A DNA stretch of 64,000 bases from Dehalococcoidia bacterium (GTDB taxonomy: Bacteria; Chloroflexota; Dehalococcoidia; Bin125), in contig CAXXSR010000001.1 of assembly GCA_963662615.2 (NCBI GenBank), forward strand, positions 1,824,001-1,888,000, read 5' to 3'. Positions within the stretch are counted from its first letter, which is position 1; each line of letters opens with the position of its first letter. Below are positions 40,948 to 51,042 of this stretch, piece after piece. The position numbers and the translations under genes were made by a program. The notes under the pieces were generated by a model. The model had not been told where the DNA came from. It did not search any database and saw nothing but the letters and a program-made list of their open reading frames with translations.

Positions 40948-42603
40948 TCAGACGGTGGCAAGATACTGCCAGAACATGGAGACGGCGGCATTGCCGTCGC
41001 CGGTTGCCGCCGCGACTCCGTGCTTCGTGCCGTTGCGTACGTCGCCCGCGGCGAAGATCCCCGGCACGTTCGTCTCCAGCAACAGCGGATCCCGTTTCAG
41101 CGGCCAGTGCAACGGGCGTTCGCCGTCCTTCACCAGATCAAGTCCGGTGAGGATGTGTCCGCTTTCCGTGCGCAGGACCAGGTCGGCCACGAAATCGCTC
41201 TGCGGTTTCTGGCCAATGAAGACGAAAATCGCCGCCGCCGGCACGGATCGGAGCTGCCCGCTCTGGTCGTTCTGCAAGACGACCTCGCGCAGCTTGTCCT
41301 CGCCGCGGGCCTCTACCAATTCCGTGTTGAAGAGCAGGGCAATCTTCTCGTCGGCCCGAATGGCGACGTCCAAATACTTGGACCACGTCGGCTCTGCCGC
41401 GCGGATCAGCACCGTGACCTGGCGCGCGTACTTGCTCAAGAACAGCATTCCCTGGGCCGCCGCGTTACCTGCGCCAATGACAATGACGTCCTCATCCCGG
41501 CAGTTGGCCGCCTCCGTGTGCGCCGCGCCGTAGTACACCCCTGCCCCATTCCACCGCTCGATGCCGGGCCGCTCCAGGAGCCGGAACCACGCGCCCGTCG
41601 CGATCAGCACGATCTTCGACGACAGCTCGGTGCCATCGGGCAGGGTGACGATCTTGATGTTGCCATCCGAGCGAAGGCCGGCGACCGCTTGCGCTGTGAG
41701 AATCTCGGCGCCGAAGCGCCTGGCCTGCGTCACCGCGCGGCGGGTGAGGTCGTTGCCCGAAATGCCGCTGGGAAAACCCAAGAAGTTCTCAATCTTGGGG
41801 CTGTTGCCTGCCTGGCCGCCGGGCGCGTGACGCTCGATCAAGAGCACGTTCAAGCCGTCGGCGCTGGCGTACACCGCCGCCGACAGCCCCCCCGGGCCGC
41901 TGCCAATGATGATCACGTCGTAGAACGGCAGTTCCGGCCGGGTCCGCAGGCCGGCCTTCTCGGCCACTTGCTGCAGGCTCGGCTGCACCAGGACGCTGCC
42001 GTCGGGAAAGAACAGCGTCGGCACCTTCAGCTCGCCGCCGGCGACCGACTCCAACAATCCCCGCGCCTCTTCATCACGTTCCACGTCCAGCCACCGATAC
42101 GGAATGGAGCTGCGCGCTAGAAAATCCTTTACCTCGTGAGACGCCGACGACCACATGTCGCCAACCACGCGGACGCCCTCAAACGGCAGCTCCACGTTGG
42201 ACTGCCACTCATCCAGCAAGCCGTCCAGGACCGGATAGAGGTGCTCCTCCGGCGGATCCCACGGTTTCAGCAGATAGTAGTCCAGGCCAACATTGTTGAT
42301 GGCGTTGATGGCGACGTCCTTGTCGGCGTAGGCCGTGAGAAGGACCGTGCGCGCGTCCGGGAAGAGCTGCGCCGCCTCCTTCAGAAACTCCACACCGGTC
42401 ATCTTCGGCATGCGCTGATCGACCACCAACAGGGCGACGGGCTCATTGCGCCGCTTGATCTCTCGCAGCGCATCGAGCGCCGCCGCACCGGATTCCGCCT
42501 TGACCAGGCGGTAGTCGCGGCCGTACTTCTGGCGCAGGTCACGCTCCACGGAGTTTAGGACCGCCAGATCGTCATCCACTGCAATGATGGTCGTCTTCGC
42601 CAT
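40948..42603 (-). CDS. Response-regulator receiver fused to a TrxB-like FAD oxidoreductase lacking CxxC
   Basis: REC: VDDD, DQRMP, LTAY, KPW. Then GSGPGG, IENFLGFP, GVYYGAA, GIFAAGD. Confidence 0.92.
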   Translation of the reverse strand: MAKTTIIAVDDDLAVLNSVERDLRQKYGRDYRLVKAESGAAALDALREIKRRNEPVALLVVDQRMPKMTGVEFLKEAAQLFPDARTVLLTAYADKDVAINAINNVGLDYYLLKPWDPPEEHLYPVLDGLLDEWQSNVELPFEGVRVVGDMWSSASHEVKDFLARSSIPYRWLDVERDEEARGLLESVAGGELKVPTLFFPDGSVLVQPSLQQVAEKAGLRTRPELPFYDVIIIGSGPGGLSAAVYASADGLNVLLIERHAPGGQAGNSPKIENFLGFPSGISGNDLTRRAVTQARRFGAEILTAQAVAGLRSDGNIKIVTLPDGTELSSKIVLIATGAWFRLLERPGIERWNGAGVYYGAAHTEAANCRDEDVIVIGAGNAAAQGMLFLSKYARQVTVLIRAAEPTWSKYLDVAIRADEKIALLFNTELVEARGEDKLREVVLQNDQSGQLRSVPAAAIFVFIGQKPQSDFVADLVLRTESGHILTGLDLVKDGERPLHWPLKRDPLLLETNVPGIFAAGDVRNGTKHGVAAATGDGNAAVSMFWQYLATV

Positions 42604-42769
42604 TTACACCGCACCTACGGATTGAACCCGGCGCCCGTGCCCCAGATTCCTCGGCGGCTTCCTCCGCCCGGAAGTGCGCTCCCTACGAGTTGCCCGCCGT
42701 CGCTCTTCCTCATCGTTTCCGCTCTCTCACCGCGATACGCCGGCGGGCGGGCCGCCGACGCCGCGTCCC

Positions 42770-45335
42770 CTATCCGGCGGCGCGCTGCGCCGGCTCCTCG
42801 GCGCCCGTGGCGGGCACTCGCGTGAGGGGCAGGCGCACCCAGAATCGCGTATCCCCCGGCTCCGAGCGGAACCCGATCTCGCCATGACAGCGGTCCCGGA
42901 CGATCCGCCGGGCGACGTCCAGGCCCAGCCCGCTCCCCTTCCCCACCTCCTTGGTCGTGAAGAACGGGTCAAAGACCTGAGGCTGAATCTCGGGCGCGAT
43001 GCCGCTGCCATTATCGCCGATCTCTACGACCACCCAGTCGTCCGACCGGAACGTGCGTACGCGAACCTGCCCGTCGGGGCCGGCCGCGTCGATCGCGTTA
43101 TCGATCAAGTTCGTCCATACCTGATTGAGCTCGCCGGCCGGAACGAGCAGCGAAGGCAGACTCCGATCGGATGCGCGCACAAGCTCGGTGCCCGCCTTGA
43201 GCTTGTGCGCCAAGATCCGCAACGTGCTTTCAAGGCCCTCGTGGACGTCCACCTCTTGTTCACGGGCCCGATCCATGGACGAGTAGCTTTTCACCGCCCC
43301 CACCAGCTCGGAGATGCTCGTGGTACTGACCGCAATCGTCTCCACCAGTTCATGAGCGCCCACCGACTGGCTCACCCACGCCAGCGCGTCCTGCCGGGCG
43401 GCAGCGGGGAGTTCCGACACGACCGCTTCCAGCCGTTCCATGCCCGCCGCCGCCAACGCCGGGGCCAGCGCCCACCCCTCGTCGATCCCCTGCGCGCTCA
43501 GCCAAGCAGCGACGGCCTCTTCACGATCGGCGCGCTCCAGGGGGCTGAGACCGCTCCCGCCTGCGGCGGCTGCGAGGATCTGCGCGCTCATGTCGCGGAG
43601 ACGAGCCCACTGCGCGTCGTCCAGGCCCAGCCCGCCCAGACGGACGGCTAATCGCTCCAGCTCCTCCAATCGCGCCTGTAGCTGTGCGGCGCTGCGCTGG
43701 GCGGCGGCCGCGGGGTTGTTAAGCTCGTGAGCCAGCCCGGCGGAGAGCTTGCCCAGGGCGGCCAACTTCTCGGCCTGCCGCAGATCTTCCTCCGCCCGCT
43801 TGCGCTCGCTCACGTCCACGAAGGTGACCACGCACCCCACCAACTCCCCCTCGCGCTCCACCGGGTACGACCAATACTCCGCCGGAAAGCTCGACCCATC
43901 CGCGCACCACATCACTTCGTCGTCGACGTGCGTCCCCTCGAACTCCCGAAACGCTCGGTAGATGCGGCACTCCTCCACCGGGTACGGTGCGCCGTTCGCG
44001 CGCGTGTGGTGCACCAGCGCGTGCATGTTCCGCCCCTGAAGCTCGCCGTCCCCCTTGAAGCCCAGCAGCTTCAGGCCGGCCGCATTCGCGAACGTGCAAC
44101 TCCCCTCCAGATCGATCCCGTAGATCCCCTCGCCCGTCGAGTTCAGCAGCGAACGGACCAGATCCTCGCTCTGGCGCAGCTCCTCGGCGCGCCGCTCGGC
44201 CTGGAGGTAGAGCTGCCGGTTCGCCTCGGTGCGCTCCTCCACCCGCCGCTCCAAGTCGATGTAGGACTCCTGCAGGGCATGGGTCATCGTGTCGAACTCC
44301 GTCGCCAGTCCCCGGAGCTCGTAATCGGTATCCGCCTCGATGCCGTGCTCGAAGTCTCCCCTGCCAACACGCTGGGCCGCGCGAGTCAGGCGCCGGATCG
44401 GTTCCAGGGCCCGCCCTACCGCAAAAAAGACGAAGCCGCCCGACACGATGCCGCCGATCACCAGCAAGATCAGGAGCAGCCGGCTGCGGTCGCGCACGGG
44501 CCCCACAATGTTGTCCCACGGCTCTTGGGTCACGACGCCCCAACTCGTGCCGGGCACGGGGGCGAATCCGGACACCACGCGCTCGCCGGTCACATCATCG
44601 GTGAGGAGCGCGTCCGTTCTCCCGGCGACCACCTCAGCCACCGGCGGCGAGGCGGTCAGGTCCGTGCCTAAGAGAGATGAGGTCGCGGTGGTGGATCGCC
44701 CGCCCATTGCCATCCACCAAGTAGGCGAAACCGCTGCGACCTGCCTTCAGCTCGAGGACCTCCGTGAAGAGGGCCCCCAGCAGCGAGAATCGCAACGTCG
44801 ACATGCCCGCCAACGTGCCCTCCATCGCACCATCGGCTCCCAGAATCGGGACGGCGACGACGATCACGTCTTCGCCGCTGATCGGGTCGTGAAGAATATT
44901 CGAGAAGGCCGGCCGCAGCGTGCGACCGATCTCATCGGCGATCCGATCGTCGGGCAGGCGCGTTCCCTCTCGCGGCGAATCGGGGGCATCCGACCAAATG
45001 GCGACGCCGCCGCGGTCGTAGATCACGACCCCCGCGTCGAAGACGAACAGCGGCGGGAGATCTGCTTCCAACGCCGTGCCAAGAGCGGCCGGCGCAAGGG
45101 GACGGCCGCCGATCTCGGTGGCGATCCCTTGCAGGACCGCTGCCTGCTCCTGCAGTCCGTCCGACAGCCGGGCGGCGGAGATGCGCGCGAGTTCGGAATC
45201 TCGCTGGGTGGCGGTGTCCCGCGCGGTGCTCTCGAGGGCTGACAGGCCAACGGTCGCGACGATCGTGAGGACCACCGCCATGGGGATGAGAGCGGCCAGA
45301 ACGCTCTTGACGCGCAGACTCTTTAGCAGAAACAC
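42770..45335 (-). pseudogene. Sensor histidine kinase (TM-Cache-TM-HAMP-PAS-HisKA-HATPase), frameshifted at ~44670-44685
   Basis: ORF 44634-45335 (TM, FAYLVDGNG) continues in another frame into 42770-44713 (WGVV, HAMP, PAS, AHELNNP, NLIDNA, DNGSG, GSGLGL). Confidence 0.85.
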
Positions 45336-45369
45336 GCCCGGTCGCCCTTGCTAACGCTGAGGCCCCGCT

Positions 45370-46431
45370 CTACCCCCTCGTGAGCTCTGCAGCCTCCAGC
45401 GCGATCTGAATCTCCTCGTGCGCTTCCGGCGTCACCCACAGTCGCCATCGCTCTTCGTAGTTGCGGAGGTAGAAGACACCTGCCTCCTCCCAGCCCTCGA
45501 TCATCTGCTCCTTGGCCCAGACCAACGTCTGGTTTAGTGGCTCCAGACCCACGTCCATCTTTTGCACCATCTCGAAGACGTCGGAGGCCTTCCCCTCCAA
45601 CCCGGAGTAGGCAAGCGCATCGATGGGGAGCGTGGCGTAGGCGCAGGCCTGGTCCGGCGCCGGGCTGGCGGCGTTCGCCGCGGCGACGACCTGCTGGTAG
45701 CAATCGGCGTCGTAGGTGGGCTCCTCCAGCACGTACCAGTCGTAGGCGGCGATGTAGGGGGAAGGAGACCAGTAGTACCCAAAGATGGGCTCGCCGCGCT
45801 CCTGCGCCCGGGCGAACGTTTCCTCCAGACCGGCATAGGAAGCCGGGGAGACCGGGTTGTAGTAGCGCGCGAGACCATACACCTCCAGCTTAACTTTGTT
45901 CACGTCCGCACATTGCGACCCGATGATGCAATTGAAGAACACGCCCTTGGACGGGTCCTGGGGGTCCCTGAAAAGCTCCCAGTGATCTTGCATATCGAAG
46001 ATCGTGCGAATCTCATACTGCTCCGCGACCCATTGCGGGATGATGAACACCTGAGCGCTGCCCTCATAAGTCGTACCCAAGTTGACGATCGTTCCCTTGG
46101 CGATCTCATCGCGATACCAGTCCGGGATGTTGTGCTGCCAGCCTTCCAGGTTCAGGTCGATCTCGCCCTGGGGAAGCCGCTCCTCCATCACGAAGGTCGT
46201 CGCCACCACCGCTTCCACCGGGTATCCGTACCCGTTCTCGATTATGAACGTGGCGATCGCGTTGTTGATCCAGAGCGTCTCCCACTGCCCGTCGTAGATG
46301 CGGATGATGGGCTTCTCACCGTCGCCCCCGCATCCGGCAGCCAACCAGGCGACGGCCAGGGCGAGCGTGCCGACGGCGAGCCGGCGACGGAGTCCATGCG
46401 AAGTGCCCTTCGGCCGAGTCCCCTCGCTCAT
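45370..46431 (-). CDS. Glycine betaine/proline-type ABC substrate-binding lipoprotein (ProX/OpuAC-like)
   Basis: Lipobox LAAGC, FIIENGYG, GEIDLNLEGW, GYYWSP. Confidence 0.85.
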   Translation of the reverse strand: MSEGTRPKGTSHGLRRRLAVGTLALAVAWLAAGCGGDGEKPIIRIYDGQWETLWINNAIATFIIENGYGYPVEAVVATTFVMEERLPQGEIDLNLEGWQHNIPDWYRDEIAKGTIVNLGTTYEGSAQVFIIPQWVAEQYEIRTIFDMQDHWELFRDPQDPSKGVFFNCIIGSQCADVNKVKLEVYGLARYYNPVSPASYAGLEETFARAQERGEPIFGYYWSPSPYIAAYDWYVLEEPTYDADCYQQVVAAANAASPAPDQACAYATLPIDALAYSGLEGKASDVFEMVQKMDVGLEPLNQTLVWAKEQMIEGWEEAGVFYLRNYEERWRLWVTPEAHEEIQIALEAAELTRG

Positions 46432-46726
46432 GGCAGAGTCCCCCGCTCGCAGCGCCAGTGTGGCACAGGCGTGCCAGCCCGTCACCGAGGACGGGGAGCA
46501 CGCTCGATCGTCCCTTTGGGGGAGGCCCGCTCCGTCCGACGGCCGAGCACCGCCATTCACCATGCTGCCGCTGCGAGTTCACGCAAACGAGCGATGGCAA
46601 ACAGCGCTCCCGGTGCAATACGGAAACCGGCAACGACGGGCCTTGGCGGACTGGTCGCTCGCCCAAGGCCGTCGCACGACCGGCACACCAGATTGGTCCA
46701 GGAAGGATTCGCCGGCCGCTGCGCCT

Positions 46727-48349
46727 CTAGGCGACGTCGTACACGGCCAAGCGGCCGCGTTCCAGGGCGTCGCCCATCGCCTCCTGGATCGAGGCGAGCA
46801 CGTCCAGATCCCATTCGGCCACGAACGTGATGGCGCTCCCGGCCTGGCCCGCGCGACCGGTGCGGCCAATGCGGTGGACGTACTCATCCACGTTCTGGGG
46901 GAGGTCGAAGTTCACTACGTGCGTGACGTCCGGGATGTCGAGACCACGGGACGCCACGTTGGTGGCGACGAGGATCTGCAACTCGCCGCTGCGGAAGCGC
47001 TGCATCACCCGATCGCGCTTGCGCTGATCAAGGTCGCCGTGCGTCGCCTCGGCGGCGATCCCCCGCTCCTGCAGCCGGCGCACGAGCCGGTCCACGATGA
47101 CCTTCATGTTGCAGAAGATGAGCGTGCGCCCCTCCATATCGCCCATCAGCTCCATCAGCGCGTCCAGTTTGTCCCGTTCGGCAACTTCGTAATAACGCTG
47201 ACGGATGGCGGGGATGGTGCGCTCCTCCGGACGGATCTCGATATGCACCGGATCGCGCATGTAGCGCCAGATGATCGACTTAATCGCGGTGGGGATGGTG
47301 GCCGAGTAGAGAGCCGTCTGCCGATCGTTAGGGCAGCGGCTGAGGATGCGGCGGATGTCCGGCTCGAAGCCAATATCGAGCATGCGGTCCGCCTCGTCTA
47401 GAACGGCGATACGCACGCGCCGCAGGTTCAGCGTCCCGCGCCCCAGGTGGTCAATGATCCGGCCCGGCGTCCCTACCACGATCTGCGGACTCAGCGCCAA
47501 GGCGGCAAAGTCCTGATCCAAGCGGCGCCCGCCCATCAGCGCGACGGCGCTCATACCTCGCGCCCGGGCGAGGAAGGCGAACACGCTGTGCACCTGCTGC
47601 GCCAGCTCGCGCGTCGGCACCAGAATAATCGCCTGAACCTCCGGCCGGCCCGGATCCAGCCGCTCCATGATGGGCAGGCCAAAGGCGAGCGTCTTCCCCG
47701 TGCCGGTCTGCGCCTGGCCAACGAGGTCGCGGCCCGCGAGCAGCTCGGGAATCGCCTGCTCCTGAATCGGCGTCGGCTCCATCAGCCCCATCGCTGCCAG
47801 CACCGCCAGGCTCCGCTCATCCAAGCCCAGGTCGCGGAAGCCCGACGGATAATCCGCGGCATCCACCCCATCCACGACGTCCAGATCGGGCAACAGGTAG
47901 CCGCCGGCCACGAGCGCCGCGGCCGCCGCTGCGCTCCGCTGCTTCTCCCCGCCACCGCGACCGCCACCGCCGCGACGCTCCCGCGCCGCCCCACGCTTCG
48001 AGCCCCCGCTTCGATCGGCTCGCCCCTTCGGTTCGCCCACAACGGGCGGCTCGCCGGCAACGGGGCCACTGCTGGGGTCAACGCTGGGACCACCGCTGGG
48101 ACCACCGCCGCTGCGACGCCGCCCACGGCCACCACGGCGTCGGCGCCGGCCGCTGCGGCCGGGCGCGGCCGCGACACCCTCCACAGGGACCGCAGCGGCC
48201 TCCACGGGGACCGCAGCGCCCTCCACGGGGACCGCAGCGGCCTCCACGGGGACCGCAGCGTCGCTGCGGGTCGCAGCGGCGGAGCCGTCTGCAGGGGCGC
48301 TCTCGGGGCGCGCCTTCATCCTCTGGAAAATACGGTCGGTGAGTCCCAA
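46727..48349 (-). CDS. DEAD-box RNA helicase with low-complexity, Arg-rich N-terminus (start uncertain)
   Basis: PTPIQ, AQTGTGKT, PTRELA, DEAD, SAT, HRIGRTGR; 21-bp AAVPVE repeats x4. Confidence 0.93.
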   Translation of the reverse strand: MGLTDRIFQRMKARPESAPADGSAAATRSDAAVPVEAAAVPVEGAAVPVEAAAVPVEGVAAAPGRSGRRRRRGGRGRRRSGGGPSGGPSVDPSSGPVAGEPPVVGEPKGRADRSGGSKRGAARERRGGGGRGGGEKQRSAAAAAALVAGGYLLPDLDVVDGVDAADYPSGFRDLGLDERSLAVLAAMGLMEPTPIQEQAIPELLAGRDLVGQAQTGTGKTLAFGLPIMERLDPGRPEVQAIILVPTRELAQQVHSVFAFLARARGMSAVALMGGRRLDQDFAALALSPQIVVGTPGRIIDHLGRGTLNLRRVRIAVLDEADRMLDIGFEPDIRRILSRCPNDRQTALYSATIPTAIKSIIWRYMRDPVHIEIRPEERTIPAIRQRYYEVAERDKLDALMELMGDMEGRTLIFCNMKVIVDRLVRRLQERGIAAEATHGDLDQRKRDRVMQRFRSGELQILVATNVASRGLDIPDVTHVVNFDLPQNVDEYVHRIGRTGRAGQAGSAITFVAEWDLDVLASIQEAMGDALERGRLAVYDVA

Positions 48350-48464
48350 AACTTGCCGTTCGCTCCGCGACGCTGCAACTACGCGGTCAGCGGAGAACCG
48401 TTCGTCTGATACAAGGGTAGCATCAGCGTCCGCAACCGGCCAGGTCGCGGGCAGCGTCGGCAGG

Positions 48465-49736
48465 CTACGTCCCGGCGCCCGGCGCTGCCGCGTCGGCGGC
48501 CGCCAACAGGCTCTCCGCAAGGATCGCCAGCCCCCGCTCCAGCGCCTCGTCGCTGATCGTCAGGGGCGGCAGCAGCTTCACCACGTCGTTGTCGGGCCCG
48601 GAAGTCTCCAGCATGAGCCCGCGCTCAAAGGCGGCCCGGCACGTCGCTTCCGCCAGACCGGGGACGGCGCTGTGCAGTCCCTGGAACAGCCCCCGGCCGC
48701 GCGGCGTCGCCCGCGCTGCTTCCTGACCTTCGGCGATCTCCGCCAGAAACGCCCCCACTCGCTTCGCTTTGGCCCGCACGGCATTCTCCAGTTCGTCCGT
48801 CTGCCAATAGCGGAGCGCCTCGGCGCCCGTCACGAAGGCGGCGTTATTGCCCCGAAAGGTGCCGCTGTGTTCGCCGCGATCCCAGACGTCGAGTTCGCGT
48901 TTGAATATGGTCAGTGCCAGCGGCAGCCCGTAGCCGCTGATCGACTTGGAGATACAGACGATATCTGGCACGATCGCGGCCGGCTCAAAGCTGAAGAACG
49001 TGCCGGTGCGACCGCAGCCCGCCTGGATGTCGTCCACAATCAGCAGGACGGCGTGCGCGGCGCAGAGGTCGGCGAGTTGGCGCAGCCATTCGGGGCTGGC
49101 GGCGTGCAGGCCGCCCTCCCCTTGCACGGTCTCCACAATGATGGCGGCCGGCGCCCGATCTTCTCGCTCCGCCAGCCCCAGCGTCGCCTCAATAACGCCG
49201 ATCGAGTCCGCGTTCATCTCCGTTCCGTCGTCGTACGGCAGCGGCGCCACTGGCGATCGCGCCACGCCGGGAGCGCTCCGTCGCTGCTGATTGCCGCCCA
49301 CGGCCATTGCGCCCAGCGTCATGCCATGGAAGGCGTTGGCAAAGCCGTAGATCGGCTCCCGGCCGGTCGCCTTCCGCGCCAGCTTCAGCGCGGCCTCCAC
49401 GGCGTTGGTGCCCGTGGGACCGGGAAACTGAACCTTGTAGTCGTACCCGCGCGGACCCAAGATGATCGAGTCGAAGCGCTCCAGAAAAGTGCGTTTCGCG
49501 GCCGTCGCCATGTCGAGCCCGTGGATCAGCCCGTCGGCCTCCAGGTACTCCACCAGGCGACGCTTCATGGCGGGATCGTTATGGCCGTAGTTCAGGCTCC
49601 CCGCGCCACTGAAAAAATCGATGTACCGCTTGCCGGCCTCGTCCACCAGCGTCTCGCCCTGGGCGGCAACGAAGACCGTCGGCCACAAGCGCGAGTAGCT
49701 GCGCACTTCCGACTCGAGCCGCTCGAAGATGTCCAT
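48465..49736 (-). CDS. ectB: Diaminobutyrate--2-oxoglutarate transaminase
   Basis: FERLESEVRSYSR, DFFSGAGSLNYGHN, GPTGTNAVE, DDIQAGCGRTG, SKSISG. Confidence 0.9.
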   Translation of the reverse strand: MDIFERLESEVRSYSRLWPTVFVAAQGETLVDEAGKRYIDFFSGAGSLNYGHNDPAMKRRLVEYLEADGLIHGLDMATAAKRTFLERFDSIILGPRGYDYKVQFPGPTGTNAVEAALKLARKATGREPIYGFANAFHGMTLGAMAVGGNQQRRSAPGVARSPVAPLPYDDGTEMNADSIGVIEATLGLAEREDRAPAAIIVETVQGEGGLHAASPEWLRQLADLCAAHAVLLIVDDIQAGCGRTGTFFSFEPAAIVPDIVCISKSISGYGLPLALTIFKRELDVWDRGEHSGTFRGNNAAFVTGAEALRYWQTDELENAVRAKAKRVGAFLAEIAEGQEAARATPRGRGLFQGLHSAVPGLAEATCRAAFERGLMLETSGPDNDVVKLLPPLTISDEALERGLAILAESLLAAADAAAPGAGT

Positions 49737-50055
49737 CGGACTGACCTTGGCGCCGCCCTCCCCACTGGGCGACCGGCTCATGCCCGGAAGCTCGTGCCCC
49801 TTGAGGAGGGGGCGGCCACCATCGTACCCTCCGCGCGCCCCATCTTCTCCGCTTGCGAAAATGCCTCACCGCTCGCAGGTTTGCCTCTCGCTTGCGGAAT
49901 CCAACGCCGGGTCGTCCGCCTTTCTGGCGCACACGCGGCTATGAACGCTCTCACGATTGCCCGCACGGAGGCCCCGGCGGCTACACTGACCCTCCGGCGG
50001 TCAGTCCGCTGCCCGGGTCGCGCATCGGCGTTCCGCCGGACACCGTGAGGCACGA

Positions 50056-50134
50056 CAGCCGCACGGCCGCGAGCAGCCGCACGGCCGCGAGCAGCCGCAC
50101 GGCCGCGAGCAGCCGCACGGCCGCGAGCAGCCGC
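50056..50134 (+). repeat. Perfect 18-bp tandem repeat CAGCCGCACGGCCGCGAG, about 4.4 copies
   Basis: Read directly; ends just before the AAGGAG RBS of 50152. Confidence 0.97.
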
Positions 50135-50151
50135 CGGCAAGGAGAGCAACC

Positions 50152-50958
50152 ATGGAAAAGAGCAAGACCGTGATTGCGGCCGGCGTCGTGGACTTCGCGC
50201 TGGACTACCGACAGGACATCCCCGACGACCAGGGCCTCTCCATCCAAGTCTACGCCGGCGACGACGACCGCAAGACCGAGATCTTGCGCATCGACTGCTT
50301 CGACCAAGACCCGCACTACCACTACGGGCCGGAACGGGAACGGGTGCGGCTTCCCCTCGACACCACTGCCGAAGGCAACGCCCTCGGCTGGGCGCTCCGC
50401 AACTTCCGCAGCAACCTGCCGGCAATGATTCGCCGCGCCGGATACCCGGACATCGCCACTGCCGTGGAAGCGCAGCCGGTCTCGCCATCCACCTTCGACG
50501 CCGTCGAGGCCAAGGCGCGCGAGTTGGCGCGCACGGGCCGTCGCGCCGTCATCCACGAGCGCGGCGATTTCATCTTCGAGGCCGGCAACGTCCGCTTCGG
50601 CCTGGAGTTCCGCGAACTCTCCGGCGACCGCGGCCTCGCCATTCACGTCCTCACCGACACCCTTGGCCAAGAGGTCGAGGTGCTCGCCTTCGACTGCTTT
50701 GAGAACCAGCCGCACTACCACTACGGGCCGCGCGAACAAGACGTGCGCATCTTCTGGGACAAGACCACCGCGGGCGATACGGTCCGCTGGACCTTCGATC
50801 GATTCAAGCAGGGACGGCTCAAGGCCATGATCGAGCGGGCCGGCTACCCCACCGTTGCCCGCGCCCTGGACGAAGCGCTCATCCAGTCGCTGTTGCCAAC
50901 GGTGGAAGCCAAGGCCCTGGCGCTCGTCGCGGACCACGCCCAACCCCCCTCGTCCTGA
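50152..50958 (+). CDS. Hypothetical protein made of two tandem copies of a DCF-x3-PHYHYGP domain
   Basis: IDCFDQDPHYHYGP...MIRRAGYP and FDCFENQPHYHYGP...MIERAGYP. Confidence 0.85.
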   Translation: MEKSKTVIAAGVVDFALDYRQDIPDDQGLSIQVYAGDDDRKTEILRIDCFDQDPHYHYGPERERVRLPLDTTAEGNALGWALRNFRSNLPAMIRRAGYPDIATAVEAQPVSPSTFDAVEAKARELARTGRRAVIHERGDFIFEAGNVRFGLEFRELSGDRGLAIHVLTDTLGQEVEVLAFDCFENQPHYHYGPREQDVRIFWDKTTAGDTVRWTFDRFKQGRLKAMIERAGYPTVARALDEALIQSLLPTVEAKALALVADHAQPPSS

Positions 50959-50962
50959 CCGG

Positions 50963-50982
50963 TCCTTCCCTCCTGGGAAGGA
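50963..50982 (+). terminator. Hairpin after the stop codon (TCCTTCCC/GGGAAGGA)
   Basis: 8-bp inverted repeat without a U-tract. Confidence 0.35.
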
Positions 50983-51042
50983 GCCTGCCGCAGGTCCTTC
51001 TGCGACCGCAGGGAGCGGAAGGATCGAAGGGCGAACGCTCCC

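Noticed and set aside
49840-49910. c-di-GMP-I riboswitch-like GGCAAACC on the minus strand upstream of ectB
   Set aside because: Lacks the GNRA loop and the downstream GCAAAG/P2 elements; only a short CGCTTGCG direct repeat remains.
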